Both the position numbers and the translations under genes were made by a program. From NCBI GenBank assembly GCA_000165425.1, contig CT868430.1, positions 1 to 64,000 of the forward strand: 64,000 bases of DNA, written 5' to 3'. Under the pieces are notes generated by a model. The model was not told the DNA's origin. It worked only from the letters and a program-made list of their open reading frames with translations, and did not search any database. Source of the DNA: Paramecium tetraurelia. Lineage: Eukaryota. Shown piece by piece: positions 39,810-55,215 of the stretch. How positions within the stretch are numbered: position 1 is the stretch's first letter; each line of letters opens with the position of its first letter.

Positions 39810-41638
39810 ATGTCATTTTTTCAGAATTATTCAATGAAAACAGTGTTACTAACTTACTCTGCAATATTTTCAGCGTTATTTTCATCACTTTCATTTTTAA
39901 CAGGGTACTTTGGAGGGCGAGTAATAATTAATGAATTTTTGGCTTAATCTAATATAATATATGAGAGAGATAATGCTAATAAAATTAGTTATGCTTCCCA
40001 TTATTAAAAATATTTGAATTCTTACTTTTAAATAAGTAATTTTAGATCATTTAAATTAGATGCTAATCCACTAATCACTTTAAACTAACTGTATTTAGCT
40101 TATTTTACAAAAATAAATTAGAACAGCTCTTTAAATTAAAATAATTTTGGTGGTTTGGAATCTTATCCTTAGATAATTGCTAACAAAAACAATTCCAAAT
40201 TCTCAGACTCTGTATTTTGTTACACTTTTAAAGAAAAATTTAACGATGCAGAAAGAGATTAAATTCAACAAGTTAACTTTGGTGATTTTATTGGTTCAAT
40301 CGGACAAATAATACACCCACACTTTGATACCAATGAAGCTTTTTTATATGGCTATATAGTTGAATAGCCTAGACTTCTCTATTCTTATCCATGCTATTCT
40401 CTCGGATAGGAGATTCAACAATATCAACCAGAAACTAGACCATGGTATCTTTTAGCCCAAAATATTTCAGAATAAATTATAAATAAAAGGGAGTATTTCT
40501 ACAGCATATCTGATCCCTATTTGTGTAATTTATTGAGGATTATTAATTAGTCAATTAGGATTAGAAAGTGGGAATAACGATAACACTACCTTTGATTGAT
40601 AAGTCTTTTCAATTCAAAGGAGCGTGGGGTTTAGATATTTTTTCAGATTACATAATTCAAAAAACCTAAAAAATGTTACAAGATTTCAAAGATATTTACA
40701 TAATGATTTTAACAAAGGATGGCATTTTAGTAAATTAGTAAGGTCACGAACATGCATATTTCTATGACCAAAACATTACTGGATTTAATAAAAATGATTG
40801 GGATGAAATTCGTAAGAATAGTTAATAATACTACAAACTTATGAATTAGAAAACCAATTCTTAATAGAGCATTATCAAATTTTACCTCCCCAAACAATAA
40901 CTTTATTTCTTATTGTAATCAATTACTTTAATTTAGATTAGTATTATAGATAATGCCAGTTATTAAGATTATCTTGATGAATGTAAAACAATATTATAAA
41001 CAAAAATTGATGAGAAATTACATTAAGCCATAATACTTCTATTATCAGTTTATTTCAGTTTGTTGATATGTTCGTATCTGATGATATCTAAACTAATTAT
41101 ATCACCTTTGCAGGAGATAATCTAATGTGTTAAAGTAAAGAGAACAAAAACTTTAAGGGAGAAGTATGAAGATCTGCTGAAATGGAGATTTTAGATTAAA
41201 AGAAAGCTTTATATTAGTCCAGCACTAAAAAATTTATAGAATGCTGTCTATTTTTTAAATAATTTTCATTTTTAAAACACTAAATAAAAGAATAGCTCTT
41301 GTTAGCTGATGCAGAAATTTTAATTTCCTAAGAAAGAATGGTCTAAAAGAGGAGTGTAACATATGTTATAAAAAAACTCAAAAGCAATCAGAATCTAAGA
41401 TTTTAACACTTAAATTGATGATTTTTCTTTAAATCGTAATTAACAGAATTCTAATAATAGGAATAAATTAAGGTTTATACATTAATTTAATCTGAATTCG
41501 AAAGATAAATAATAAAACTAAATACAAAATAAGGATGATCTAAATTTTAATTTAAGCAATTAAATTTAGTTGATCGCTTTATCATTTGTAAAAAGCTAAC
41601 TAACAACAAAATCAGAAGTTTTTAATGATTTAAATTGA
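39810..41638 (+). CDS. Two-TM receptor-like protein with an extracellular Cache domain
   Basis: N-terminal TM; YQPETRPWY, ISDPY, GITITLPL..FKGAWGLDI Cache-type motifs; second TM followed by ISPLQEI (HAMP-like). Confidence 0.7.
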
Positions 41639-41787
41639 TTCATATTATAAATCTTTAATATTTTGGTCGTTTAGTCATATACAATTGTGTAGAAACAAGT
41701 GTGATTTGAATGAATTATAATCTTTTAGTGTAATTGACTTAATAAATTCTGAATAATAAATCATCATTATCAATAATATTAAAATTT

Positions 41788-42378
41788 ATGATATTTTCAA
41801 TTTTCAAATTTCGCTTTGGCACAATATAAACAAATTTCCCTAAACTTTCCTTCAAGGTTTTAGATTTTCAGACAATGAAGGAAAGAAATCCAACTCTTCT
41901 TTCTGACTCAGACATATAAACATTAAGCAAGATGCATTCATTAAATTCAACATGGAAGATTGTAAATTATTGATTTATATAAGACTCCATAAAAATTGTA
42001 TAGAGAAATCAAGTTCAACAATTTTAAGGAAGCCTTTTCATTTATGAATTAAGTGGCTATTTTTTCAGAATAAATCGATCGTAATATGATATTTAATCTT
42101 AGATCATCCTGATTGGGAGAATGTATATAATTTAGTTAAGATTAATCTGAACACTCACGATATCGGGGGTATATCTATTAAGGATATTTTCCTGGCTTAT
42201 GCAATAGTAATAATTTACATAATAAATTTAGGATACAATAGCAATGAATGTAAGAGTGAAATCTGCAGAATCAACCAACGACACTCGTATTTTAGAGGTA
42301 GCCAAAATTGCAGAATCTTGGAATTTAAATTTTGATCAATTTCATAGAATGATTGAAACAGATTCTAGATAAATATGA
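41788..42378 (+). CDS. PCBD: Pterin-4-alpha-carbinolamine dehydratase with a probable mitochondrial presequence
   Basis: [55 protein letters not shown]; basic hydrophobic start [11 protein letters not shown]; three introns. Confidence 0.9.
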
Positions 42379-42402
42379 ATATTTTATATGAATATGATGA
42401 TT

Positions 42403-43573
42403 TCATTCTGATAACTTTTGATTGATGTATTCAATTAATCTATCAACGATATCGATTTCAGTTTATCTAAATTAGATTATATAGATTACCTACTAACTTT
42501 TTGATTACTGTATTCTTGATCTTCCAACTCATTGATTTTTGTGGCATCTTAGATATTTAATTAGGTGACTTCAACGATGGCATTAGAGATATTGATTAAT
42601 CCATCTAATTCATTCAATCTTGATTAGATTTCCTTAAGTCTGTTATTAGCAGTGGCCAATGAAACCTATAAGGTTTGCTTTTCATTTCTCAAATCATCAC
42701 CTAATCTAGTGAGATTTTCAACTTAAGTCTTATGATTAGCTTCTAATTAATCTTAACCTTCTTATAATGCAGTGATCAATCTAGCAACCAAACTCAAGAC
42801 GTTGTTCAAGGTTTCTGGGTTGACTTTTGTTGTCATTTCAGCCAATCCTTCAATGATTGGTTGGAATAAGGTTAAAGAACTTTTCTTAGTGTGAGCTTCT
42901 AAGATCTCTTTGATCTTCTAAAAGTTCTCTTTGGTTTAAATCAAATTGCTCTTAGTGTCTTAACTAAAGATTTAAATAACTCTGATACGTTAATTGAATT
43001 AATGATGCTCCTTCACCTCTTAAATTTAACAACAATCTTTGAGCTTCCTTGCAAGCAAGAATTGCATCACTATAATCTTAAAATTTAGCTGCAAAATCTG
43101 TGTTCTCAGCATCTAATCTACCTTAAGCATCACCACTTCCTCTGCCATTTCTGTCTAATGCAGCTTAATCTATAAAATGATATTGTGTGAACAGTACCTT
43201 CTTTTACTCTTGTTTATAACGTGCTTAATTCATTGGTTAAACTTGATTATTCTTATCTTTGGTTATCAAGATCTTATTAAGCTTATTCAAGTGTGGCTTA
43301 GAGTTTGGCCAAATCAACTTAGCTTCTTCTTGTGAATGTTGCACTTTCTTAATCTTGTAATTATGTCAAGGCTATCAATTCATCCTTTATTTATTATAAG
43401 AGTTATTTTAATTCATTTAATGATCCTCCTGTTTTCATGTTGACACTCACTAAGTTAATCATTGATGAACCAAAAGGATGATCTCCATATCCTGAAAGTC
43501 TTTCTTTCAATTCAGACACTGTTGTTGCCTAAATGCAGGCAATCAAAACAACAACCAATAAAGCTGATTTCAT
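42403..43573 (-). CDS. Trichocyst matrix protein precursor
   Basis: Signal peptide MKSALLVVVLIACIQA, HPFGSSMINLVSVNMKTGGSLNELKQLL, central GASLIQL spacer and two coiled-coil halves. Confidence 0.85.
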
Positions 43574-44213
43574 ATAATATTAATAAAAAAATCAGAAAAA
43601 ACAGAAAAACGAATATTATCTCAATCTAAATATTACTTCACTCACATCATTTTTATATCCAAAATTCTTCATTCTTCACTCATTTTCACTTTCTACTTTA
43701 ATCCCAACCCTCCTCGATAAAATAGAAAATTGAAGACACTAAAATTTATAAGCATTAAATAAGTTTTTTAAATGAATCATCATATCCTCATTTTACTTTC
43801 ATATAACTCTTAATGAACTCTTACAAAGTTTCTAAATTGTCAGTCAAGTAATCGACTTACTTAGAATCGATAACTTTATATTTATTAATTGGATATTTAA
43901 TATCAATCTCTATAAACTTAATCGAATATCCAAAAAACCTAATTTTAAACTAATCTTTACTTTAACAATTCTATAGAACTTAAGTCACTATTAAATTAAT
44001 TGAATATCTATTTGAAGTACTTTTCATAGAAATCAATGTAAGAAAAAAACCTAAAGAACTTACCTTCCTCTATGAATCTAATCAAATCCATTATATCTCC
44101 ATTGTTGGCTCTACTATCAAGAAAATCTTGAAAGTCTTTGGATGCTTACTAATATAAAAAATAATAAATTTACTGCTGCAATCTAAAGCTTTTCTTAATA
44201 GATTTCATTTATT

Positions 44214-47086
44214 TCATTTAATTATTATTAATTTTACTTTTAATAATCTACAATTGAATTTGCCACAATAATTTAATCTAATTCTGTTTGTAAATAACAT
44301 TCCTCTAATCCTTTATCGTTTTTTAAAAGTAATCTTACATTTGCAATCAATGCATATTAGTAATAATGTAAAAGGTAATTAAGAATTTCAAATTATTTTG
44401 TAAATTCTTAGAATTTACAATTTGTTCTATGTTATAAAAATTATAATACCTAAAGGCTTGGTAGGAATTAAAGGCATTTTCAGCTAATTTAATCTTTGCC
44501 AATATTATCTAGAACACTTATTTTAGTGGTTATGTTTACTGGGATGCATCTGATTTTTTTAAGAGTTTATTTTTTGTTCTTGTTATTACCTAACCTTATT
44601 CTTAGGTATCATTTTAATTTCCATTTTAGATTTTCTCATTCTATTTTGAAAACATCTATTACTAATTTAATTATTAGTTTCTAGGTTGGGTGTCATTAGA
44701 AGTGCTAAATTCTACATTTTTGTTTTGGAGTTCGATTTTTTAGACAGCATTTTAATTCTAAAATTCCTATGTTTTTGATTAGTTGTATTAATATGAAGTA
44801 TTATTTCCTTATTTATTAGGACTTTGGATTTATTTTTAAAAGCCTCTATCTTTCTATAGATCCTAAGGTTAAATTTCTTATTTTTTCTTCAGTCCTACCT
44901 ATTATTCATATTAAGCTTATTAATTTTATTTTACATTTTTAAATTAGGCTAAATTAGTTGTCTAATTATTGATTTTATTTTAAGGTATCATATCTGAAGC
45001 ACAGGTTGATTAAATCTTATTTGTGGAGGAAAATTTAATTTAAGTAATTTGATTAGGTTACTAGGCTCGAAATTAAGAACGTATGGAATTTTTGACTTTT
45101 AAACCTTAATTGAAAGTTTCTTAGTTTTGAAATAATAATGAATCTGAAGTTTACTTAAGGTTATTTTAAGTGTTTAAGTATTCCCTTTAGGTTGTCTCTG
45201 ATAATTTATAAGAATCTGAAATCACCTCACTTTAAGAGTCTATCTGATTAAGAGATAATTAATCATCATGATCATAAAATTGATTATTTTTCCCATTTGT
45301 ATTATAGTTTATGGCATGGCAGTTATATTCATCAAATTTTTAATTATTCTACTTTGAGACTAATAACTCATTTTAGATTTAAAATTAATTTTCATCTTAA
45401 TAGGGATCTATATTGTTAAAATTAATTATGGATTCTGAAGCGTCTTCATCATTTTTTATATAAAAATCTTTCTAATCACTTTTTCTCTCAAGTTAGATAA
45501 CTTAATGTATTTAATTCTGCGATTAATCAGGGTTATTGAAAATAAATTATTTTTGTACCTGATTTGCAGAGTTCTATGAATCATTGTCACATCCTATTTT
45601 TAATCCTTCATCATTGTTATTTTGAGGAGCAACCCTAGAATTTTAATTTTCTTGGAAATCTCTCCGGAATATTATTTCTTAACTGTATTATGAATTACTT
45701 GTAGTTTGCTTGATAATATTAGGATTATTATTTTGTTTTTAAGAATTATTTTATTTGGATTAATCAAACTAAGAATCGCAAACGTCTGAATTAATAAAAT
45801 CTTTTGGAGTATCTTATACTTTAATAAGATTTATCTATTGATGGATGAGTTGAGTATCTAAATATTGTGGAACTTAACGATTATCTATAGTTTAATTATA
45901 ATTTGAGATTTAACGATTATTGTAATCTTAATTTTATTTGATCTATGAGTCTTATTAGAATCCTTAATTGATATTTCGAGAATCTTAATTAGTGTTTTTC
46001 ATAAACCTTACAGGTTCCAGTGGCTATTATTCTTGAGTTTATGTTTTTTCCTACTAGGCAGGTTTAATAGAATAAATGACAGAATCAGTATCTCTTTGCC
46101 TCACTCTTTGTAAATTAATTCCCAAAGTATCTATGTTTTTATTACCATCTTGTTCGGGTGGTGCTTTACTGATTGATGAATTTATATTAATTTGATCTAA
46201 ATATCTAGACAATTCATCCCAACTTACTCTCTCATCTTCCTCATATGCAATTGTTTTTTTCAAAAAGTCTTCTAAATATTTCTTTGAATTTAAATCTCCC
46301 TGATTTTTGATTTATGGTAGTTTCAATCCCTTTTTAATTTTGTTGAGTTCATTGGATAATTCCCCTAAGGTTTTTATTTTGAATATAGGTTCTTAGAAAG
46401 TAATGTAATAAATAGTCAATCCAAGCTAATTTAGATATAAAGATTACACTAAAGAGATCTGCTTTATTAGAATATTCCCCTTTAAATACTTATGGTGATA
46501 CAAATAAAGGTGTTCCTAATTAAGTTTGTTTCAATATGGATTCAATATCATTTTAAGTCTTACTCAACCCATAATCGCTAATCTACGTTTAAAAAGAAAA
46601 TACTTTATATTATCCATCCTCTCCTATTAAAATATTATCAGGCTTTATATCTCTGTGAATTATATTTTTCTTTCTTAATTCATTATATCCTCTGCAAATT
46701 TATTTTGCAATTAGGAGCACTTAATCAGCTGAAAATGATTGATTCTAATCTTTCAGGGATTTCATTTTTTATTCAAGAGTCTCTATACATTTTTCCATGA
46801 AAATATATATTTTTTAATTCTACTCTGCTATATGATATATTTTGAGAATGTTAGGATGAGTAACTTTCTTAATTTCCTCTAGGGTTTTGACTTCTCTTTG
46901 AAACATTTCTCTTTTCTCTTCTGTCATATGTAAAACCTACCCTCATTTCACTATCAATACCTTGGCACATATTTTTCTATTCTAACTGATTATTCTTCCC
47001 TCGTAAACTTTTCCATAACTTCCTTATCCAATACAATTAACAAAATGCACTTCATAATCGCCAATAGTCCTAACATCGTAGTTCAT
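44214..47086 (-). CDS. Ser/Thr kinase (ULK/Fused-like ciliate type) with a long Gln-rich tail
   Basis: IGQGSYGKVY, CAK, HPNILK, HRDIKPDNI, ISDYGLSK, GTPLFVSPQ, RVSW; 3' end approximate. Confidence 0.85.
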
Positions 47087-47359
47087 TGGTATTTCTTAAT
47101 AATTCTAATTATTATAAATTTTATTATTATACAATTATTTTATATTGGAATACATTCAAATCGAATTTTTCTGATCTATCTTTGTTTTAAGAATACCATT
47201 TGAATCAATTAATTAACTAAATATTTTTTAATAATAGGGATATTTTAATATAAATTTACAATTAATTAAATTATAGAATTTACATAGAATTTTTTAGACT
47301 AATAAATCTTTATTTATATTATTTGTTAATTCAAAAATTCTAAAGAAATGAAGTTATTC

Positions 47360-47710
47360 TCATGTTATTATCTCTATGTACAAATTTCTCGATTAAACTT
47401 CTCTTAAATTGCACGATGCAACACAAAAAATCATAGTAAGAATAAACCAAAAAATAGCCCCTAAAATTCCAAAGATACCTAATTCCCATTGGATTGTTGA
47501 TACAACGTCTGAAATTGAAAAAATCAACCACAATACTCCCCACCCTAAGCAATCTCCACATTGAGATTATGACAATCTTTTGCAAATGACACAGATTTTG
47601 TATTTTGGTGTTTGTGGTTGTGGTTATTGTAATTATTATTGTTTTGTTTATTATTTTTGTTATTACTATTGTTTTGGTTATTGTTGTTGTTATTGTTATT
47701 GAGTTGACAT
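47360..47710 (-). CDS. 116-aa polyQ, CxxC..CxxC, two-TM membrane protein
   Basis: Intronless MSTQQQQQQQPKQQ..KYKICVICKRLSQSQCGDCLGWGVLWLIFS..LGIFGILGAIFWFILTMIFCVASC..IIT*. Confidence 0.75.
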
Positions 47711-48049
47711 ATAAAAATAAATAAGAAATATTTTATGAATCTGAATTTCATTTGAACTTGTAAATTTATTGTTCTAAAATGTAATATAAATAGGAAAAAG
47801 CATGATTAATGACAAACTATCATTTATGAATAAAAAGTATTTAAATTTTATTCTAGATATTTTTCATGATTATAAAAAGTGTTATATTAGTGAAATACGG
47901 ATATTGATATCCTCACTTGACTAATTAGTGGATCCTTCAAATTCGTCTTAAATACTTATAAACACGTCTAAATGTGGTGATTTTCAACTAAAGACTAAAA
48001 TTAGAAATCTTAGAATTAAGAAATTTTAATAGAAATTATATATCCTCCT

Positions 48050-48859
48050 AGATTTTTTCATTTTCATTTAGTATTTGAGATGAATCTTGGATTTTTTTAA
48101 TTGAATCAACAGCTGAGTTGCTTTTGTAACAGAATTGGCTCAGTAATCCTGTTTAATAATTTATCTAACATTTTTGTATCGTTCTTAATTATTGAAATCT
48201 CAGTTTTAAAGTTTGTAATAGACCTATCAATTTAATTCTATAAGATTACATATATATTTATAAGCACAAGCATTATGAAATGACTGTTATATTTTCCTTA
48301 CAAAACTCCTTTTGTATTGTTCAAGCAAAAGTCATAACTTTGTACAATTGAAACTATCATCCCCATTGTTGAACCCCTTAAATATGTGATCTTTATTTAA
48401 TAAACTAATCATTCTGAATATAGAAACTAAATCAATCAATTTTCCGTCTCTAAAAAACCATGGTATCCTGGATTAGTAATGGTTGTTCCATTATCCCATG
48501 ATTTGTAATATTCCTATACGTGCATCCTAATTAATTCCTATTTTTGTATAAAAATTCTCTTAAATCGCAATCAAATCTGACCTCTTTGATTGCTTCATCT
48601 TAAAACTAGGGTAGCCCAATTAGATGGTTGCATATCCCACTATTGCAATAGGTTAGAAGAAGTCTAATTAGGCAAGCTTTTCCAGATTCAGGATTGATAC
48701 AAAATTACCCAAAAGGAATGAATGACCAGTTGGGTTGAATCCACAATAGACACTTACTCATATAGATATGATAGTGACTTTACCTAATATAGCAGTTTAT
48801 GAGCTGAAAGGGCATTGAGAACCGAACATTAATAGTATTAAGGCCTGATTCTTGATAGC

Positions 48860-48861
<2 letters not shown>
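48050..48861 (-). pseudogene. YARS2: Mitochondrial (bacterial-type) tyrosyl-tRNA synthetase pseudogene
   Basis: MLSRIRPQ presequence; VYCGFNPTGHSFLLGN..IAIVGYATIQLGYPS against canonical YCGFDPTA.SLH.G..GGAT..GDPS; VQSYDF; frameshift and in-frame TGAs; 3' end approximate. Confidence 0.75.
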
Positions 48862-50193
<1,332 letters not shown>

Positions 50194-50278
50194 TGGCTAT
50201 TATTAATATAGTACTCAATTTAAGATTCTCATTTGTCTATTAATATCCTTTTTTCTTAATTTTAAAAAGTTATCAGTA

Positions 50279-51095
50279 TCACTTCCAATTGTAAATTAAA
50301 ATTATAATCAAAACTCCAACAAGAATAGCCATCAAAGACGCTATTATTATCAATTTCTTATTCGCTGACTTTTAAGAGTCTTGAGCTTTGACTAATTCCA
50401 CATTGGCATCAACTAAATTTATTTTTGTTGTCTCTTGATTTTCAGCAACTAGATCAGGAGGTTTATCTGCTAAATCGACTTGAAATGCCACATCTTCAAG
50501 TACTTTATTTAACATCTATACACTATGTTCCTAATTAAATGAATACTTTAATGCTAGCTTTTGAACGTTTTCACCTTTTTCCCTTATTATTTAACTTTCT
50601 ATATCATAATAATTATGCATAAATTACTCTTACAAATCATCAATAGGTTTTAGTTTAGGATCATTTTATTTTAATGATGAATTAGCTGTCATAGTCTTTC
50701 GTTTCTGTTGTAATTGCTGTTCCAATAGTTTGCATGCTTGAAAAAATATATCGATTTCTTTTTTGTAGAATTTCAGCTTAGTTTGTGGTATTCTTCCATA
50801 CTTAATTTATTTGTTGCTTTAAAAGATTTAAGTGAATTATACTTTTGTTATCAACCTGCAAGATGTCCTGTGTTGTTATCAAGTATTTGGAGGCTGTTTT
50901 AAATTTATTTTATAAGAACTTATATTTGATCTTGCATGTCAATGATGTCTTTGCCAACACTGGAATTGCTGACATCCTTATTCTCTTGATCTAATAGATC
51001 ATTAATGTCATGCAATATAGTTAATTAAGATTAAATATGCTAAAATTTGAGTTTTAGTACTTCTACTAGTTTATTAAATGCGTTATCTTCCTTTT
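50279..51095 (-). pseudogene. Qa-SNARE (syntaxin) probable pseudogene
   Basis: SNARE-like IIREKGENVQKL..LNKVLEDVAFQV..NVELVKAQDSQKSANKK plus C-terminal TM; upstream frameshifts and TGAs, no ATG found, one intron with a GC donor. Confidence 0.65.
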
Positions 51096-51109
51096 TATTA
51101 ATAAATTAA

Positions 51110-51580
51110 ATGAATAATAATTAGAGTTATGTTTTTCAAAATCCAAATAGCACTCCTTCATTTCTAAATTAAGTATAGGTTGAAAATGCCTTTTTAAAGT
51201 CTGATTTGAATAAATTGAAGGAACAATATAAAGTGGCTATGGAAAGTAATTAGGAACTTAGAAACAAAAAGGAGTTCCTTGAAAAACAGGTCTGTAATTT
51301 ACAATAACAATTAAATCAGAGAGATCAGGAATGCAATAATTTAAGGTACTTCTTTAAATTTTATAATAGAAAATTCCTTGAAGAATCGAAAATCTACTTG
51401 GAAAAACAATAGGAATTGAAGAGTAACTGCATTGAGCTTCAGATGACAAATTAAACATTATAGAGATAATTAAACTAGTTGATTCAGAATAAATAGATCG
51501 TAGAAATCGAGGTAGAAATAAATACGATAGTTTAAGTGTAAACCTGAATCTGGGTAAAACATAAACGAGGAGGTGATTCA
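51110..51580 (+). CDS. Short coiled-coil hypothetical protein
   Basis: MNNNQSYVFQNPN..ENAFLKSDLNKLKEQYK..; 3' structure unresolved. Confidence 0.45.
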
Positions 51581-51820
51581 TTTAAGTTGGAAGGTGTAAA
51601 TCGATAACTTGTAACTGTAATGCAAGAGGAACAAGAAACAAGTTGAAATTTAAGGATATGGAGAGATAAATGATAATCTGTTTATATGCTATTAGAAATG
51701 TTTATTATCGAGGATCCCAATATCAGAATAGCCCCCAGTGATTATATAAAAAGAATCTGAGCTATTAATAAAATACCAAATTTGATATTTGAATAAAAAA
51801 AATTAATTTTTTAATTCTGG

Positions 51821-54800
51821 ATGAATAGAATCATTAGATTTGGATTTGCCACTTATGAGTCATTGGTGTAGAAATTAAGCAGTGCTGATAGTCCTGCAGC
51901 TGTCTTACAAATCTTCCAACAAAACAAAGATTTGTTTAAGCAAGAGCATGTAGTGCTATCTTTGAGGATGTTGGGTAGATATAGTAGATTATTGAGAAAT
52001 GATAGCGAATATTCCGAATTAACTAGTAAGTTGAATGACATAGTGGATTAATTAACTGAATACGGTATATATAATTGAATATTCATTAATGTAGATGTAA
52101 TCGATGTATTGTTTTGGATGAGGAAATTCAGATAAAATAGAATACCTACCTATTTCCATTAACAGGCTTAAACGAAATTATACTAGAGAATTCAATAGAT
52201 GTCAGAGAATCAAATGTTCTCATTTAGAAATATGTGTAATGTCTATTTCGACTTAACACTCCTTAATCACTCAAATGAACAATTGGCATAATCAATCGCT
52301 GAATAAATCCTTACTACTAAATAGCTTTCCCCTTTCCTAATCATCCAACTCTTCAGTTCCATTGTGGTTAAGGTTAACAATTGCTCACTCTCAAGATATG
52401 ACGCCTAAATCCTTAACAACGCAGTCAAAGTAGTAGAAGATATCCTAGAGGAATTAGACGTTGAATAGGTAAGATGTAATTTGTATTTAGAAATCTTTAC
52501 TCTTCAAAAGTCTTGCTGAAGTACAATTTCAAAACATTGGACCAAAGTATTCACTACCCAATATAATTAAGTAATTGAAGGACTTATTGTTATAAAAGAT
52601 AGAATTATTATAGGAAGACTCAGTAATTAGCATTTTTAAGGCTTATTAAAGTTTACCAAAATACTTTGATCAAGATCTTCATAAAGAATTGAAGGATATG
52701 ATTTAAACAACCATAGATTAGAATCCAAATAATTTATCATCTAAGTTCTTAATACTTCTTATTGAAAAAATCACCAACTCTCATGCATAGAGATACCCAT
52801 TAGATTTGGTCAAAAAGATAATTGGAGAATTGACTTAGAGAATCTCCAAGAAGGAAGTAGAAACACAACACGTAGGCTAATTGTGTTCTAGTTTGTTGAA
52901 ATAAAAGAAGTTCGAAGATTTGGTAGCAGTTTTGAAAGACAGTGGAGAGAACAATCTTAAAATCCTCAATTATTTATTTGTGAACGGAATCAACATGAAA
53001 GAATACGTTGAGTAATACATTTAAGCTTAAGACTCAAAGAGAATTAACACCTACAATGCTTTACATTATTTGATTTATTCTCATAGAGATGCATAAGAAC
53101 ATGAAGAAAAATTCATGGCCATTTGCAAATCAGTTATCTAATAAAACCCACAATCTCTATTGAAAACTAGCCTTGAAATCAACATCAATTCTCAGATCAA
53201 GGCTTAAGTTCAAGAGGAGGCATTCATGTAAATCATTTAAAATGTCAAATAAAAAAAGATTGAACTCTCTAAAGTGTTGAAAGAATTACTCAACTCTTGC
53301 TTTAATCATAAATGTAGATAGGCTTTGATTTAATTAAATGAATAATCGGAAGAAAAATTACAACCAAAAACAGTACTAAGCAAGGTTATAGGAGATATGA
53401 GTGATTTCGATTCTGATAGATTATCAATAGTTTTGTAATTGATACAAAAAGATCCAAAAAATATCCCAATTTTCAAGTTTGTTGATTATTTAACTTTGAA
53501 TGTCTAAAATCTCTATGGATTAGTAAGAAGTGACCAAATCTAATGGGTTTGCTAGGTTTTATTAGCTGCATTTTTAAATTAACCAACTGCCAGATTGAAT
53601 GCACTAGTCAGCTTTGTTGAAAGATTTGAAAGTGCAGGTTACAGCAGCAGATAATTGACTTAATTAATTAAGAAAGTTGCTGAATAATACAGAACAGCTA
53701 ATCCATAAACTCCATATCCAGATTCAGCTTTTGTTTAAATCATGATTAACTAGGGTGTTATGACACCTGAAGATGCTGTAATCTAGTTGAATAATGAAAA
53801 ATCTTACTATTCCTTAAAAGTCTAGTTGTGTGGTATTGCACTACAATTAGATAATCCTCCAGAGAATGTGATTTAATTAAAAGACAAAATTAAGGCTGAC
53901 TGTTAACTTGATTCCGATGATATGAAATTTAAATAGATTTAAGAAATAGTTGCCTTATTCAGATTAACACCAAATGAGACTGACAAAATCAAAAATCAAC
54001 TCAAGAATATCGGATCGAAGTTGACATAAAGATAATATTTTGAGTTGGTTTAGAATGCCAAAGAGCCTACTCTCATCAAGGAATTGGCCATTATGTTCTC
54101 TTAAATTGGTACTAAAATAGGACTTATTAAATTAATTAAGATTGTCGAAAAGTTTTAAAAGAATAATGTTGCAAATCAGATGATCTATAATATTTTATTA
54201 GAATAATATGGTCTGTAATTCAATAATACCTTTAATGAATTGAGAGTTCAAATTCTCACCATTTTAGCTAATGGTAAACTTAAGTAAGTCGATGTCTTTT
54301 AGAAAACACTTGAAAAGCTCAGTAAATCTCCTTAATTCTATAAGGCTTACTATGCTGATATTTTAGAATCTCTAATTTAATTAGGTATTATTGAACCAGA
54401 TATTGTGAATTTGATTAAAACTATGGCTGAAAGATAAAATCTAAGTAATCAATCAATTTTGAAATTGATTCATTATTATATTTTGGCTGATCAACCTCTT
54501 GAAGAAATAGAGAAAATAGCAAATAACATGGAGACCTTTAAAGCCAAAGAGACCTACAGAATTAATACAATCTATGAAATATTGAAAAGAATGTATCCAG
54601 ATTCCAAAGCCACCAAAATTCACGAACCCCTAATCAATGAGGAGAAAATCTAATCTACTTCAAACAGAAGTCAACATACGTCTGAGTACGTTCAAACTCT
54701 TTTACAAGCAGTAGGAGTTCAAGCAGAAATGAATTATTAAATAGACAAAGTTCAAATTGAGCTTTATTTACCCTAAACGTAATGTATCTATTTAAATTTA

Positions 54801-55170
54801 GTTAATAATCAATTATGGTCTTAACTGGATATAACTTAAATTACGACAAAATTACCTTAACTGGATAAGGCTTGCTATAAAAGAAGTTATACAACCTTCT
54901 ATCTAAATAAGTCATCACTATCAATTTTAAAGAATTGGTTGACATAACTAATTATGAGGATAAAGTTAAATATTTATAAAATTAAGGTATTTGATTTATT
55001 TATTGTTAGGAATTGAAATTAGCGCTGACCCTGCTACAGCTGATTACAGCGCATTCAATTAAGTTGAAAAGAAAGATAGCCAAAAAAGATCAAATCAGAA
55101 AAAATAGTAAAAATAGTAAAAATAGCAAATTGACCAAGATGAAATTCTTGAATATGTAGAAGGATAATGA
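51821..55170 (+). CDS. Mitochondrial helical-repeat protein with a C-terminal RAP-like domain (FASTK/OPR-type)
   Basis: Presequence MNRIIRFGFATY; about 1050 aa helical; C-terminal EMNYQIDKVQIELYLP..LTGQGLLQKKL..VITINF resembles RAP. Confidence 0.7.
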
Positions 55171-55215
55171 GTTCTTTAGTATTTCTGTTAAATATTAATA
55201 AAATAAAATGTTTAT

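Noticed and set aside
43700..44200. Open frame and a short cccaaccc telomere-like word
   Set aside because: No ATG-anchored motif-bearing protein; a single partial repeat is not a telomeric tract
47545..47751. PolyN ORF in the supplied track
   Set aside because: Wrong frame; the code-6 polyQ frame at 47360-47710 gives a coherent complete protein
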